Origin: Mobula hypostoma
Taxonomy: Eukaryota
Reading direction: 5' to 3'
Assembly (NCBI RefSeq): GCF_963921235.1
Contig: NC_086097.1
Location: 254,264,001 to 254,328,000 of the forward strand
Length of the DNA stretch: 64,000 nt
The position numbers and the translations under genes were made by a program. The notes beneath the pieces are model-generated. The model did no database searches, was not told the origin of the DNA, and was given only the letters and a program-made list of their open reading frames with translations. Positions 25,070-39,165 of this stretch are shown piece by piece (positions within the stretch are counted from its first letter, which is position 1; each line of letters starts with the position of its first letter).

Positions 25070-26885
25070 TAGTTCAATTACACGATAGCATTGGGGAAAA
25101 TGCTACTTTTCAGTCTAGATGTCCGTGCAGAGATGTTTCTGTATCCTGTCAGATGGTAGAACACTAAACAGGTGATACTGGGGTGGGATGAGTCCATCAT
25201 GGTTTTGTGAGCCCGCTGTAGACATTGTGAGTTGTAGATGGTTTTCACAGCTTGCAGTTGTATCCCAGTGATGTTCTGTCTAGTTCTGATCACTCACTGA
25301 AGTGCTTTCTTGTCAATCTTGTTGCATCTAGTGTACCATACTGTCCTGCAGTAGGTCAGTATGCTTGCAATTACATATTGATAAAGGTTTTCCAGCAGTT
25401 TTTGAGGCAGATTTGATCTCTTTGAACTCCTAAGATAGCATAGGCGTTGTTGAGCTTTCCCTGTTCTCGAGGAGGTGTTGGTCGTTCAAGAGAGCTCGTC
25501 TGTGATGTTCACTCCCAACAACTTGAAGTTGGAGACCCTTTCCATTGTTTCACTGTTTGAGTAGAGTCATAGAAAAGTACAGAAGCAGGTCTTTCAGCCC
25601 AGCTAGTCCATGCTGAACAATTTAAACTGCCTACTCCCATTGACCTGCACCGGGACCATAGCCCTCTATACCCCTACCATCCATGTACCCATCCAAACTT
25701 CTGTTGAGTGTTGAAATCGAGCTTGCATGTGTCATGGAGTGTGTTCATACCTTCTTGATTTCCTGAAGTTGTTAATCTTTTTTCTTACGTTGAGTGGAAG
25801 GTTATGGTTATTGCATCATTCAGACAGTTTCTTCACCTCCTCTCTGTATGCTGTTTCATTTTTATTTGTGATTGGTCCAATCTCTGTGGTTTTATCTGCA
25901 AATGTGATGCTGGAGTTGGTGGATAGGCAGGGGCATGGTCATGGATGAAAAGAGTGTAAACGGATGGGCTCAGTACACATCCCTGCGGTACACCTGTGTT
26001 CAGGGTCAGGGAGGTGGATGTGTACTTGCCTTGTCTGACTGTCTGGGTGCAAATGGAAAAGTCCAGAATCCAGTTGCAAATTGATATATTGAGTCCCAGA
26101 TTGGGTAGTTGAACAGCACACCTGTTGGAGACTATGGTGTTGAAGGCAGAAATGCAGTTGATAAAAAGAATTCAGGCATAGGTGTCCTTATGCTCCAGGT
26201 GTTCCAGTGTGATGTGGACAGCAATGGAGATAGCATCCTTGGTTGATCTGTTTGCCATGTAGGCAAACTAGGTCTGATCCAGAGTAGCAGGAATTGCCTT
26301 CTTAATGTGGGACATAACCAGTCTCTCCAGGTACTGGTGGACTATGGGGGTGAGTGCAACCGGTGTGTAGAGTTGAGCATTGCTACTGCTGACTGCTTTG
26401 GGATTGGTGTGATGGTTGATGTTTTGAAGCATGCAACGAGCACAGCAAGGGATAGAGAGAGGTTATATATTTCAGTAAAAACCTCTGTCAACTGGTCAGC
26501 ACAGTCCTTGTGGACACGCCCGGATATGCCATCTGGTCCAGCAGCTGTGTGTGTGTTGATACTGCAGAGAGTACGTCTCACCTCGTGTGTGTTCAGTTTC
26601 AGTGCTGTGTCCTCCTCAGGTGTCAATGCCTTCATCACTGGTCCGTTATTGTCCCTGTCAAACCGAGCAAAGAAGTTGTTTAGCTTCTTGGCTGATGTGG
26701 CATCGCTGTTTGCAGGGCAGGAGATCTTTCCTTCAGAGCCAGTGATGGATCTGATGCCTTCCCACACACGCTGGGGGCTGGTCGCATTATTGAAGTGTTC
26801 TTTATCTGTTGTTTGTATTTGTACTTGGCAGGTTTAATGCCTCTTTTAAGGTTTGACTTGGCTTCGTCGTGGGCTGCAGCATCAC
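25070..26885 (-). mobile_element. Degraded Rex1/Babar-like LINE (RT); CR1 tail inserted at ~25563-25728
   Basis: AAGPDGISGRVHKDCADQLTEVFTEIYNLSL, FKTSTITPIPK. Confidence 0.85.
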
Positions 26886-26988
26886 TGAATCTGCAGTCAT
26901 AGAGAAGTACAGCAGAGAAACAGGCCCTTTGGCCCATCTAGTTAGTCCATGCTGAAACCATTTAGATTGCCTACTCCCGTTGTCTTAC

Positions 26989-28612
26989 TAATGGTAAGAT
27001 TGTTGGCAGTGTGGAAGATCAGAGGGATCTTGGGGTCCGAGTCCACAGGACACTCAAAGCTGCTGCACAGGTTGACTCTGTGGTTAAGAAGGCATACGGT
27101 GCATTGGCCTTCATCAACTGTGGGATTGAGTTTAAGAGCCGAGAGGTAATGTTGCAGCTATATAGGACCCTGGTCAGACCCCACTTGGAGTACTGTGCTC
27201 AATTCTGGTCACCTCACTAGAGGAAGGACGTGGAAACCATAGAAAGGGTGCAGAGGAGATTTACAAGGATGTTGCCTGGATTGGGGAGCATGCCTTATGA
27301 GAATAGGTTCAGTGAACTCAGCCTTTTCTCCTTGGAGTGACGGAGAATGAGAGGTGACCTGATAGAGATGTGTAAGATGATGAGAGGCATTGATCGTGTG
27401 GATAGCCACGGGCTGAAATGGCTAGCAAGAGGGGGCATAGTTTTAAGGTGCTTGGAAGTAGGTTCAAGGGGGATATGAGAGGTAAGTTTTTCACATAGAG
27501 AGTGGTGGGTGCGTGGAGTGCTCTGCCAGTAAAGGTGGTGGAGGTGGATACAATAGAGTCTTTTAAGAGACTCAGATCAGTACATGGAGCTTAGAAAAAT
27601 AGAGGGCTATGTGGTAGGGAAATTCTAGGCAATTTCTAGAGTAGGTTACATGGTCAACACAACCTTGTGGGCTGAAGGGCCTGTAATGTCTCGGACTTCA
27701 ACTACTGCACAGTGTCTTGTCATCTTTAGAAGTTTTCTGATGACTCTGCCATAGTTGGATGCATCAGCAAGGGAGATGAGGCCGAGTACAGGGCTACGGT
27801 AGGAAACTTTGTCACATGGTGTGAGCAGAATTATCTGCAGCTTCATGTGAAAAAGACTAAGGAGCTGGTGGTAGACCTGAGGAGGGCTAAGGCACCGGTG
27901 ACCCCTGTTTCCATCCAGGGGGTCAGTGTGGACATGGTGGAGGATTACAAATACCTGGGGATGCGAATTGACAATAAACTGGACTGGTCAATGAACACTG
28001 AGGCTGTCTACAAGAAGGGTCAGAGCCGTCTCTATTTCCTGAGGAGACTGAGGTCCTTTAACATCTGTCGGACGATGCTGAGGATGTTCTACGAGTCTGT
28101 GGTGGCCAGTGCGATCATGTTTGCTGTTGTGTGCTGGGGCAGCAGGCTGAGAGGAGCAGACACCAACAGAATCAACAAACTCATTCGTAAGGCCAGTGAT
28201 GTTGTAGGGATGGAACTGGACTCTCTGATGGTGGTTTCGGAAAAGAGGATGCTGTCCAAGTTGCATGCCATCTTGGACAATGTCTCCCATCCACTACATA
28301 ATGTACTGGTTGGGCACAGGAGTACATTCAGCCAGAGACACATTCCACCGAGATGCAACACAGAGCGTCATAGGAAGTCATTCCTGCCTGTGGCCATCAA
28401 ACTTTACAACTCCTCCCTTGGAGGGTCAGACACCCTGAGCCAATAGGCTGGTCCTAGACTTATTTCCTGGCATAATTTACATATTACTATTTATTTATGT
28501 ATGGTTTTATCACTATTTAATTATTTAAGGTGCAACTGTAATGAAAACCAAATTTCTCTCGGGATCAATAAAGTATGACTGTGACTATGACTATGTGCTG
28601 TAGATGTCTATG
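26989..28612 (+). mobile_element. CR1 3' fragment whose tail is split by a Rex1-like copy
   Basis: QRDLGVRVH, RPHLEYCAQFWSP; the tail resumes at 28593. Confidence 0.9.
27690..28592 (+). mobile_element. Rex1/Babar-like LINE, 5'-truncated, young
   Basis: Open 199-aa ORF 27847-28446; (TATGAC)n tail; ATGT TSD. Confidence 0.92.
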
Positions 28613-28713
28613 CTTTTATATTTTTCCACTTACCCTATCTGCACCCCTCATAATTTGGCAGACCTCTAACAAATCCCCTCTCAATCTTCCACATTCTGAA
28701 GAATATGCTCCCT

Positions 28714-30930
28714 GGCCTTTATCTTTATCATGGAAAAGGATAGAATCAGAGAGGACAGGAAAATTTTTAATTGGGGAAGGGCAAATTATGGGACTATCAG
28801 GCTGGAACTTGCAGGTGTGAATTGGGATGATGTTTTTGCAGGGAAATGTACTATGGACATGTGGCCAATGTTTAGGGATCTCTTGCTGGATGATAGCGAT
28901 AAATTTGTCCCGGTGAGGAAGATAAAGAATGGTAGGGTGAAGGAATCATGGGTGACTAGTGAAGTGGAAAATCTAGTCAGGTGGAAGAAGGCAGCATACA
29001 TGAGGTTTAGGAAGCAAGTATCAGATGTGTCTATTGAGGAATATAGGGTAGCAAGAAAGGAGCTTAAGAAGGGGCTGAGGAGAGCGAGAAGGGGGCATGA
29101 GAAGGCCTTGGTGAGCAGGGTAAAGGAAAACCCCAAGGCATTCTTCAATTATGTGAAGAACAAAATTATGACAGGAGTGAAGGTAGGACCGATTAGAGAT
29201 AAAGGTGGGAAGATATGCCTGGAGGCTGCGGAAGTGAACAAGGTCCTCAATAAATACTTCTCTTCGGTATTCACCAATGAAAGGGAACTTGATGAACCTG
29301 AGTACAATATGAGTGAGGTTGATGTTCTGGAGCATGTTGATATTAAGCGAAAGGAAACGTTGGAGTTGTTAAAATACAGTAGGACAGATAAGTCCCCAGG
29401 GCCTGACAGAATATTCCCCAGGCTGCTCCACGAGGCGAGGGAAGAGATTGCTGAGCCTCAGGCTAGGATCTTCATGTCCTCGTTGTCCACGGGAATGGTA
29501 CCGGAGGACTGGAGTGAGGTGAATGTTGTCCCCTTGTTCAACAAAGGTAGTAGGGATAGTCCAGATAATTATAGACCCGTGTGCCTTACGTCTGTGGTGG
29601 GAAAGCTGTTGGAAAAGATTCTTAGAGATAGGACCTGTGAGCATTTGGAGAATCATGGTCCGATCAGGGACAGTCAGCATGGCTTTGTGAAGGGCAGATT
29701 GTGTCTAACAAGCCTGATAGAGCTCTTTGAGGAGGTGACCAGGCATATAGATGAGGGTAGTGCAGTGGATGCGATCTATATGGATTTTAGTAAGGCATTT
29801 GACAAGGTTCCACATGGTAGGCTTATTCAGAAAGTCAGAAGGCATGGGATCCAGGCACGTTTGGCCAGGTGGATTCAGAATTGGCTTGCCTGCAGAAAGC
29901 AGAGGGTCATGGTGGAGGGAGTACATTCAGATTGGAGGATTGTGACTAGTGGTGTCCCACAAGGACTGTTCTGGGACCTCTACTTTTCATGATATTTATT
30001 AACGACCTGGATGTGGGGGTAGATGGGTGGGTTGGTAAATTTGCAAACAACACAAAGGTTGGTGGTGTTGTAGATTGTTTAGAGGATTGTCAAAGATTGC
30101 AGAGAGACATTGATAGGATGCAGAAGTGGGCTGAGAAGTGGCAGATGGAGTTCAACCCGGAGAAGTGTGAGGTGGTACATTTTGGAAGGACAAACTCCAA
30201 GGCAGAGTACAAAGTAAATGGCAGGATACTTGGTAGTGTGGAGGAGCAGAGGGATCTGGGGGTACATGTCCATAGATCCCTGAACGTTTCCACACAGTAG
30301 ATAGGGCAGTTAAGAGAGCTTAATGGGGTGTTAGCTTTCATAAGTCGAGGGATAGAGCTTAAGAGTCGCGGGGTAATGATGCAGCTCTATAAAACTCTGG
30401 TTAGGCCACACTTGGAGTACTGTGTCTAGTTCTGGTCACCTCACTATAGGAAGGATGTGGAAGCATTGGAAAGGGTACGGAGGAGATTCACCAGGATGCT
30501 GCCTGGTTTAGAGAGTATGCATTATAATCAGAGATTAAGGGAGCTAGGGCTTTACTCTTTGGAGAGAAGGAGGATGAGAGGAGACATGATAGAGGCATAC
30601 AAGATATTAAGAAGAATAGATAGAGTGGATAGCCAGCGCCTCTTCCCCAGGGCACCAGTGCTCAGTACAAGAGGACCTGGTTTTAAGGTAAGGGGTGGGA
30701 AGTTCAAGGGGGATATTAGAGGAAGGTTTTTTACTCAGAGAGTGGTTGGTGCGTGGAATGCACTGCCTGAGTCAGTGGTGGAAGCAGATACATTAGTGAA
30801 GTTTAAGAGACTACTAGACAGGTATATGGAGGAATTTAAGGTGGGGGTTTATATGAGAGATAGGGTTTAAGTGTCGGCACAACGTTGTGGGCCGAACTGC
30901 CTGTACTGTGCTGTATTATTCTATATTCTA
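28714..30930 (+). mobile_element. CR1-E ORF2 inserted in CR1-A
   Basis: 420-aa ORF with RT motifs, then KFANNTK and FFTQRVVGAWNALP. Confidence 0.95.
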
Positions 30931-31115
30931 AGTTCTAAACTATTCAATCTTAAAACTCATGCTTCAGACCCAGCAACATCCTTGTAAATTTTCTTTGTAC
31001 TCTTTCAACGTTGTTTGCATCTTTCTTGCAGGTAGGTGACCAAAACTACACCCAATACTCCAAATTAGGCCTCACCAACTTCTTATACAACTTCAACTTA
31101 ACATCCCATCTCCTG

Positions 31116-31259
31116 GCATCACACACAAAATGCCGGAGGCACTCAGTAGGCCAGGCAGCATCTGTGGATCCATAGATGCTGCCTGGCCTACTGAGTTACT
31201 CCCACGTTTTGTGTCTGTAGCTTGGATTTCCAGCAATTGCAGATTTTCTTGTCGTTGTG
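31116..31259 (+). mobile_element. Second palindromic Penelope-derived mini-insertion
   Basis: Arms ACTCAGTAGGCCAGGCAGCATCT / AGATGCTGCCTGGCCTACTGAGT; degenerate 13-bp TSD (10/13 match). Confidence 0.8.
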
Positions 31260-33608
31260 ATTCCATTTTCTGTACTCAATACATTGATTTATGAAGGCCA
31301 ATACACCAAAAGCTTTCTTTATGACCCTATCTACCTATGGCATCATTTTCAACGGATTATGTACCTGTATTCTCAGATCCCTTTGTTCTATCACACTAGT
31401 CAGTGCCTTACTGTTCACTGTGTAAGACCTACCCTGGTTGGTCCTACCAAAGTGGAAAACCTCACACTTGCCTGCATGAAATTCCATCTGCCATTTTCAG
31501 CCCATTTTTCTAGCTAATGCAGATCTCTATTCAAGCCATTGTAGCATTTCTCACTGTCCACTACAGCCCCAAACTTGGTGTCATCCACAGATTTGCTGAT
31601 CCAGTTAACCACATTATCATCCAGATCATTGAGAGAGATGACAATCAAAAGGACCCAGCACTGATCTCTGTGGTACACCACTTGTCACAGGCCTCCAGTC
31701 AGAGGCAACACTCTGACTTTTACCAAAAAGCCAATGTCTGAACTAATTTACTACTTCATCTTGAATGTCAAGCGATTGAATCTTCTTAACCAAACTCCCA
31801 TGTGGGGCCTTGTCAGATGCCTCACTAAAGTCCATGTAGACAACATCTAATGCCTTACCTTCATCCACTTTCTAGGTAACTTCCTCGAAAAACTCTGTAA
31901 GATTGATTAGACATACACGAAGGCATACTAACTATCTTTAATCCGTCCCTGTCTATCCAAATAATTATATATGAGGTCCCATATAACCATATAACAATTA
32001 CAGCACGGAAACAGGCCATCTCGGCCCTTCTAGTCCATGCCAAATGCTTACTCTCACCCAGTCCCACCGACCTGCACTCAGCCCATAACCCTCCATTCCT
32101 TTCCTGTCCATATATCTATCCAATTTTACTTTAAATGACAATATTGAACCTGCCTCTCCCACTTCTGCTGGAAGCTCGTTCCACACAGCTACCACTCTCT
32201 GAGTAAAGAAGTTCCCCCTCATGTTACCCCTAAATTTTTGCCCCCTAACTCTCAACTCATGTCCTCTTGGTTGAATCTCCCCTACTCTCAATGGAAAAAG
32301 CCTATCCACGTCAACTCTAGCTATCCCCCTCATAATTTTAAATACCTCTATTAAGTCTCCCCTCAACCTTCTGCGCTGCAAAGAATAAAGACCCAACTTG
32401 TTCAACCTTTCTCTGTAACTTAGGTGCTGAAATCCAGGTAACATTCTGGTAAATCTTCTCTGTACTTTCTCTATTTTGTTGACATCTTTCCTATAATTCG
32501 GTGACCAGAACTGTATACAATACTCCAAATTTGGCCTTACCAATGTCTTGTACAATTTTAACATTACATCCCAACGCCTATACTCAGTGCTCTGATTTAT
32601 AAAGGCCAGCATACCAAAAGCTTTCTTCACCACCCTATCCACAGAAGATTCCACCTTCAGGGAACTATGCACCATTATTTCTAGATCCCTCTGTTTTTAC
32701 TGCATTCTTCAATGCCCTACCATTTACCATGTATGGCCTATTTTGATTAGTCCTACCAAAATGTAGCACCTCACATTTATCAGCATTAAACTCCATCTGC
32801 CATCTTTCAGCCCACTCTTCTAACTGGCCTCAATCTCTCTGCAAGCTTTGAAAACCTACTTCATTATCTGCAACACCACCTATCTTAGTATCATCTGCAT
32901 ACTTACTAATCCAATTTACCACCCCATCATCCAGATCATTAATGTATATGACAAACAACATTGGACCCAGTACAGATCCCTGAGGCACACCACTAGTCAC
33001 CGGCCTCCAATCTGATGAAAACAGTTATCCACCACTACTCTCTGGCGTCTCCCATCTAGCCACTGCTGAATCCATTTTACTACTTCAATATTAATACCTA
33101 ATGATTGAACCTTCCTAACTAACCTTCCATGTGGAACCTTGTCAAAGGCCTTACTGAAGTCCATGTAGACAACATCCACTGCTTTACCCTCGTCAACTTT
33201 CCCAGTAACCTCTTCAAAAAATTCAATAAGATTTGTCAAACATGACCTTCCATGCACAAATCCATGTTGACTGTTCCTAATCAGACCCTGTCTATCCAGA
33301 TATATCTTAGATATATACCATCTCTAAGAATACTTTCCATCAATTTACCCACCACTGACGTCAAACTCACAGGCTGATAATTCCTATGTTTACTCTTAGA
33401 ACCCTTTTTAAACAATGGAACAACATGAGCAATACGCCAATCCTCCAGCACCATCCCCGTTTCTAATGACATTTGAAATATTTCTGTCAGAGCCCCAGCT
33501 ATTTCCACACTAATTTCCCTCAAGGTCCTAGGGAATATCCTGTCAGGACCCAGAGACTTATCCACTTTTATGTTCCTTAAAAGCACCAGTACTTCCTCTT
33601 CTTTAATC

Positions 33609-36600
33609 CATAGAACCATAGAAACTACAGCGCAGAAACAGGCCCTTTGGCCCTTCTTGGCTGTGCCGAACCATTTTCTGCCTAGTCCCACTGACCTGCA
33701 CACGGACCATATCCCTCCATACACCTCCCATCCATGTATCTGTCCGATTTATTCTTAAATGTTAAAAAAGAACCTGCATTTACCACCTCGTCTGGCAGCT
33801 CATTCCATACTCCCACCACTCTCTGTGTGAAGAAGCCCCCCCTAATGTTCCCTTTAAACTTTTCCCCCCTCACCCTTAATCCATGTCCTCTGGTTTTTTT
33901 CTCCCCTTGCCTCAGTGGAAAAAGCCTGCTTGCATTCACTCTATCTATACCCATCATAATTTTATATACCTCTATCAAATCTCCCCTCATTCTTCTACGC
34001 TCCAGGGAATAAAATCCTAACCTATTCAACCTTTCTTTGTAACTCAGTTTCTCAAGTCTCGGCAACATCATTGTAAACCTTCTCTGCACTCTCTTAACCT
34101 TATTTATATCCTTCCTGTAATTTGGTGACCAAAACTGAACACAATACTCCAGATTCGGCCTCACCAATGCCTTATACAACCTCATCATAACATTCCAGCT
34201 CTTATACTCAATACTTCGATTAATAAAGGCCAATGTACCAAAAGCTCTCTTTACGACCCTATCTACCTGTGATGACACTTTTAGGGAATTTTGTATCTGT
34301 ATTCCCAGATCCCTCTGTTCCACTGCACTCCTCAGTGCCTTACCATTAACCCTATATGTTCTACCTTGGTTTGTCCTTCCAACGTGCAATACCTCACACT
34401 TGTCAGTATTAAACTCCATCTGCCATTTTTCAGCCCATTTTTCCAGCTGGTCCAAGTCCCTCTGCAGGCTCTGAAAACCTTCCTCACTGTCTACTACACC
34501 TCCAACCTTTGTATCATCAGCAAACTTGCTGATCCAATTTACCACATTATCATTGGGGTACCGCAAGGCTCAGTGCTGGGACCCCAGTTGTTTACAATAT
34601 ATATTAATGACTTGGATGAGGGAATTAAATGCAGCATCTCCAAGTTTGCGGATGACACGAAGCTGGGTGGCAGTGTTAGCAGTGAGGAGGATGCTAAGAG
34701 GATGCAGGGTGACTTGGATAGGTTGGGTGAGTGGGCAAACTCATGGCAGATGCAATTTAATGTGGATAAATGTGAAGTTATCCACTTTGGTGGCAAAAAT
34801 AGGAAAACAGATTATTATCTGAATGGTGGCCGATTAGGAAAAGGGGAGGTGCAACGAGACCTGGGTGTCATTATACACCAGTCATTGAAAGTGGGCATGC
34901 AGGTACAGCAGGCGGTGAAAAAGGCGAACGGTATGCTGGCATTTATAGCGAGAGGATTCGAGTACAGGAGCAGGGAGGTACTACTGCAGTTGTACAAGGC
35001 CTTGGTGAGACCACACCTGGAGTATTGTGTGCAGTTTTGGTCCCCTAATCTGAGGAAAGACATCTTTGCCATAGAGGGAGTACAAAGAAGGTTCACCAGA
35101 TTGATTCCTGGGATGGCAGGTCTTTCATATGAAGAAAGACTGGATGAACTGGGCTTGTACTCGTTGGAATTTAGAAGATTGAGGGGGGATCTGATTGAAA
35201 CGTATAAGATCCTAAAGGGATTGGACAGGCTAGATGCGGGAAGATTGTTCCCGATGTTGGGGAGGTCTAGAACGAGGGGTCACAGTTTGAGGATAGAGGG
35301 GAAGCCTTTTAGGACCGAGGTTAGGAAAAACTTCTTCACACAGAGAGTGGTGAATCTGTGGAATTCTCTGCCACAGCAAACTGTTGAGGCCAGTTCATTA
35401 GCTATGTTTAAAAGGAAGTTAGATATGGCCCTTGTGGCTACAGGGGTCAGGGGGTATGGAGGGAAGGCTGGGTTCTGAGTTGGATGATCAGCCATGATCA
35501 TAATAAATGGCGGTGCAGGCTCGAAGGGCCGAATGGCCTACTCCTGCACCTATTTTCTATGTTTCTATGTTTCTATCATTGATATAGATGACAAATAACA
35601 ATGGATCCAGCAATGATCCCTGTGGCACACCACTAGTCACAGGCCTCCACTCAGAGAAGCAATTCTCTACCACCACTCTCTGGCTTCTTCCATCGAGCCA
35701 ATGTCTAATCCAATTTACCACCTCTCCATGTATACCTAGCGACTGAATTTTCCTAACTAACCTCCCATGCGGGACCTTGTCAAAGACCTTGCTGAAGTCC
35801 ACGTAGACAATATCCACTGCCTTCCCTTCATCCACTTTCCTGGTAACCTCCTCGAAAAACTCCAACAGATTGGTCAAACAAGACCTGCCACGCACAAAAC
35901 CATGTTGACTCTCCCAAATAAGCCCCTGTCTATCCAAATGCTTGTAGGTTCTGTCTCTTAGTACTCCCTCCAATAACTTACCTACTACTGACGTTAAACT
36001 CACCGGCCTATAATATCCCGGATTACTTTTCAATACTTTTTTAAACAACGGAATAACATGAGCCACTCTCCAATCCTCCGGCACTTCACCCGTAGACAGC
36101 GACATTTTAAATATTTCTGCCAGGGCCGCCGCAATTTCAACACTAGTCTCCTTCAAGGTCCGAGGGAACACTCTGTCAGGTCCCAGGGATTTATCCACTT
36201 TAATTTTCCTCAAGACAGCAAGCACCTCCTCCTTTTCAATCTGTACAGTTTCCATGGTCTCACTACTTGATTCCCTCAATTCCATAGATTTCATGCCAGC
36301 TTCCTTAGTAAATACAGACGCAAAAAGCCTATTTAAGATCTCCCCCATTTCCTTTGTTTCCGCACAAAGCCGACCACTCTGATCTTCAAGAGGACCAATT
36401 TTATCCCTTACAATCCTTTTGCTCTTAATATACTTGTAAAAGCTCATGGATTATCCTTCACTTTGACTGCCAAGGCAACCTCATGTCTTCTTTTAGCCCT
36501 CCTGATTTCTTTCTTAAGTATTTTCTTGCACTTCTTATACTCCTCAAGCACCTGATTTACCCCCTGTTTCCTATACATTTCATACAGCTCCCTCTTCTTC

Positions 36601-37560
36601 TTTATCAGAGTTGCAATATCCCTTGAGAACCAAGGTTCCTTATTCCTATTCAATTTGCCTTTAATCCTGATAGGAACATACAAACTCTGCACTCTCAAAA
36701 TTTCCCCTTTGAAGGCTTCCCACCTACCAATCACATCTTTGCCAGAGAACAACCTGTCCCAATCCACGCTTTTTAGATCCTTTCTCATTTCTTCAAATTT
36801 GGCCTTCTTCCAGTTCAGAAACTCAACCCTAGAACCAGATCTATCCTTGTCCATGATCAAATTGAAACGAATGGTGTTATGATCACTGGAACCAAAGTGC
36901 TCCCCTACACAGACTTCTGTCACTTGCCCTAATTCGTTACCTAACAGGAGATCCAATATTGCATCCCCTCTAGTTGGTCCCTCTATATATTGATTTAGAA
37001 AACTTTCCTGAACACATTTTACAAACTCTAAATCATCTAGACCCCTAACAGTATGGGAGTCCCAATCAATGTATGGAAAATTAAAATCCCCTACCACCAC
37101 AACTTTATGTTTCCTGCAGTTGCCTGCTATCTCTCTGCAGATTTGCTCTTCCAAGTCTCGTTGACTATTGGGTGGTCTGTAATACAACCCCACTAATGTG
37201 GCCATACCTTTCCTGTTTCTCAGCTCCACCCATAAGGACTCAGTAGACAAGCCCTCTAATCTGTCCTGCCTGAGCACTGCTGTAATATTTTCCCTAACAA
37301 GCAATGCTACTCCCCCACCTTTCATTCCTCTGCCTCGATCACATCTGAAACATCGGAACCCTGGAATATTAAGCTGCCAGTCCTGCCCCTCCTGTAGCCA
37401 AGTTTCACTAATTGCTACAACATCATAATTCCACGTGTCAATCCACGTCCTCAACTCATCCGCCTTCCCCGCAATACTCCTAGCATTGAAATATATACAC
37501 CTCAGAAGATTTTTACCACCACTCACAACCTTTCTATCAGCGGATTTGCTTAAACTTTCA
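33609..37560 (-). mobile_element. CR1-C with near-complete ORF2 (33609-34553 plus 35575-37560)
   Basis: APE endonuclease (YFNARS, ISETW, GDFN, SDH) and RT; VIYIND and NVVNWISKFADD are split by CR1-D. Confidence 0.95.
34554..35574 (+). mobile_element. CR1-D, young 5'-truncated copy
   Basis: Uninterrupted frame from [10 protein letters not shown] to the stop; (CTATGTTT)n tail. Confidence 0.95.
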
Positions 37561-38889
37561 ACATCATCATAGTTTCCGTTACTTCCCTACCTGTTTCCCT
37601 TACCTTACACAATTCAATATCCTTCTCCTTCGTGAATACCGAAGAATACCTTAAGTCCCTTAGAATACCTTTCAATAACTTTCCCACCACTGATGTCAGA
37701 CTCACCAGCCTATAATTTCCTGGTTTCAGCTTAGAGGCTTTTTTAAACTGCGGAACAACATTGGCTATCCTCCAATTCTCTGGTACCTCTCCTGTCACTG
37801 AGAATGATTTAAGTATCTCTGCTAGGGCCCCAACAATTTCTGCACTTGCCTCCCATGGGGTCTGAGGGAATACCTTGTCAGGTCTTGGAGATTTATCCAC
37901 CCTGATTTGTCTCAGGGTAGCAAACACTTCCTCCTCTGTAACCTGTACGTGGTCCATGAAGTTGATGCAACTTTGCCTCACTTCTATAGACTCTGTGTCT
38001 ATTGAGTAAATACAGATGCAAAGAATTCATTTACGATCTCCCCCATCTGCTTTGGCTCCATACATGGATTGCCATTCTGCTCTTCCAGAGGACCATCTGT
38101 TTTCCCCTTTTTTCTTTTAATATGTCTGCAGAATCCCTTCGGATTCTCCTTCACTTTGTCAGCTCAAGCAACTTCATGCCTTCTTTTAGCCTTCCTAATT
38201 TCTTTCTTAAGTGTTATCTTGCATTTCTTATACTTCATAAGCACCTCGTTTGTTCCTAACTGCTATAGCTGCTCTGCCCCTCCTCCTTTTTCTTAAGCAG
38301 TGCATCAATCTCTCCTGAAAACCAAGGTTCCCTGCACTTGTTATCTTTATCTTTTATTCCAAGCCCTGAGCAGGTTCTGGACTTCATTGTTTCTCCATGG
38401 CTTCTGATTCAGGAATACATGGATGTTTTTATTACTGGTGGCGTTGTATTTAATATAGTGCATGACTATGATGTGCATTCCTCTAAGTCAATTTCAGAAT
38501 AACTTATTGCTTGACCTGCAAACAGTTTCCAGACTGCACTCGAAGCAGTCCTGAAGCTGAGATGCGGGACAGCTCCCTCAGGCCATAATCTCACTAACAG
38601 TAATTGATTTTGTCTTTATCAGTGGTCAGATAGCCCCTGATGAGGGCATGTATATACTCTGTACGCACCCACAATATTAGTGTAAACTTGGTCTAACATG
38701 TTCGGGTGTTCTTTACTCCGCATCTGTAGAACAATATGAGTATACAGTAGACATGTATAGTCTAGCTCTCTTCACCTTCCTCATAAACTAGAGGGGTGGT
38801 GAGCTTTCCTGCTTCTGTAGAATGTGTTCTTGGACCATGAGAGGTTATGCAACGCACTAAAGATTTAAGATTAGCTTTATATTTCTCAT

Positions 38890-39165
38890 CATATATTTTT
38901 ATTGATATTGAATAGGCCTTTCCAGTCCTTCAAGGCTCATGGCGCAGCAGTTCCCTATTTAATCCTTGCCTAATCGTGGGATAATTTACAATTACCAATT
39001 AACCTAAGAAATGGTATGTCTTTGGACTGTGGGAGGGAATCGGAGCACCTGGAGGAACCACACGGGGAGAACGTACAAACTCCTCACAGGCAGTGGCAGG
39101 AATTGAACCCCCGTCACCTGTACTGTAAAGTATTGAGCTAACCACTCCGCTACCATGCCGCCCCA
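38890..39165 (-). mobile_element. V-SINE/HE1-like SINE
   Basis: tRNA-like head GGCGGCATGGTAGCGGAGTGGTTAG...GGTTCAATTCC and conserved core. Confidence 0.8.

Larger units (their letters stand above)
31981..37654 (-). mobile_element. CR1-B (31981-33608 plus 37561-37654)
   Basis: ORFs 31998-32675, 32997-33257, 33281-33608; EVTETMM joins IKEEEVL across the nested insert. Confidence 0.9.
28625..38360 (-). mobile_element. Outer CR1-A (28625-28705, 30931-31980, 37655-38360)
   Basis: Collinear degraded ORF2 pieces once the inserts are removed; GTCCC at 31976-31980 and 37655-37659. Confidence 0.8.

Noticed and set aside
33682..35478. Overlapping antisense RT genes (294 and 395 aa)
   Set aside because: Artefact of one CR1 inserted in another in the opposite orientation.
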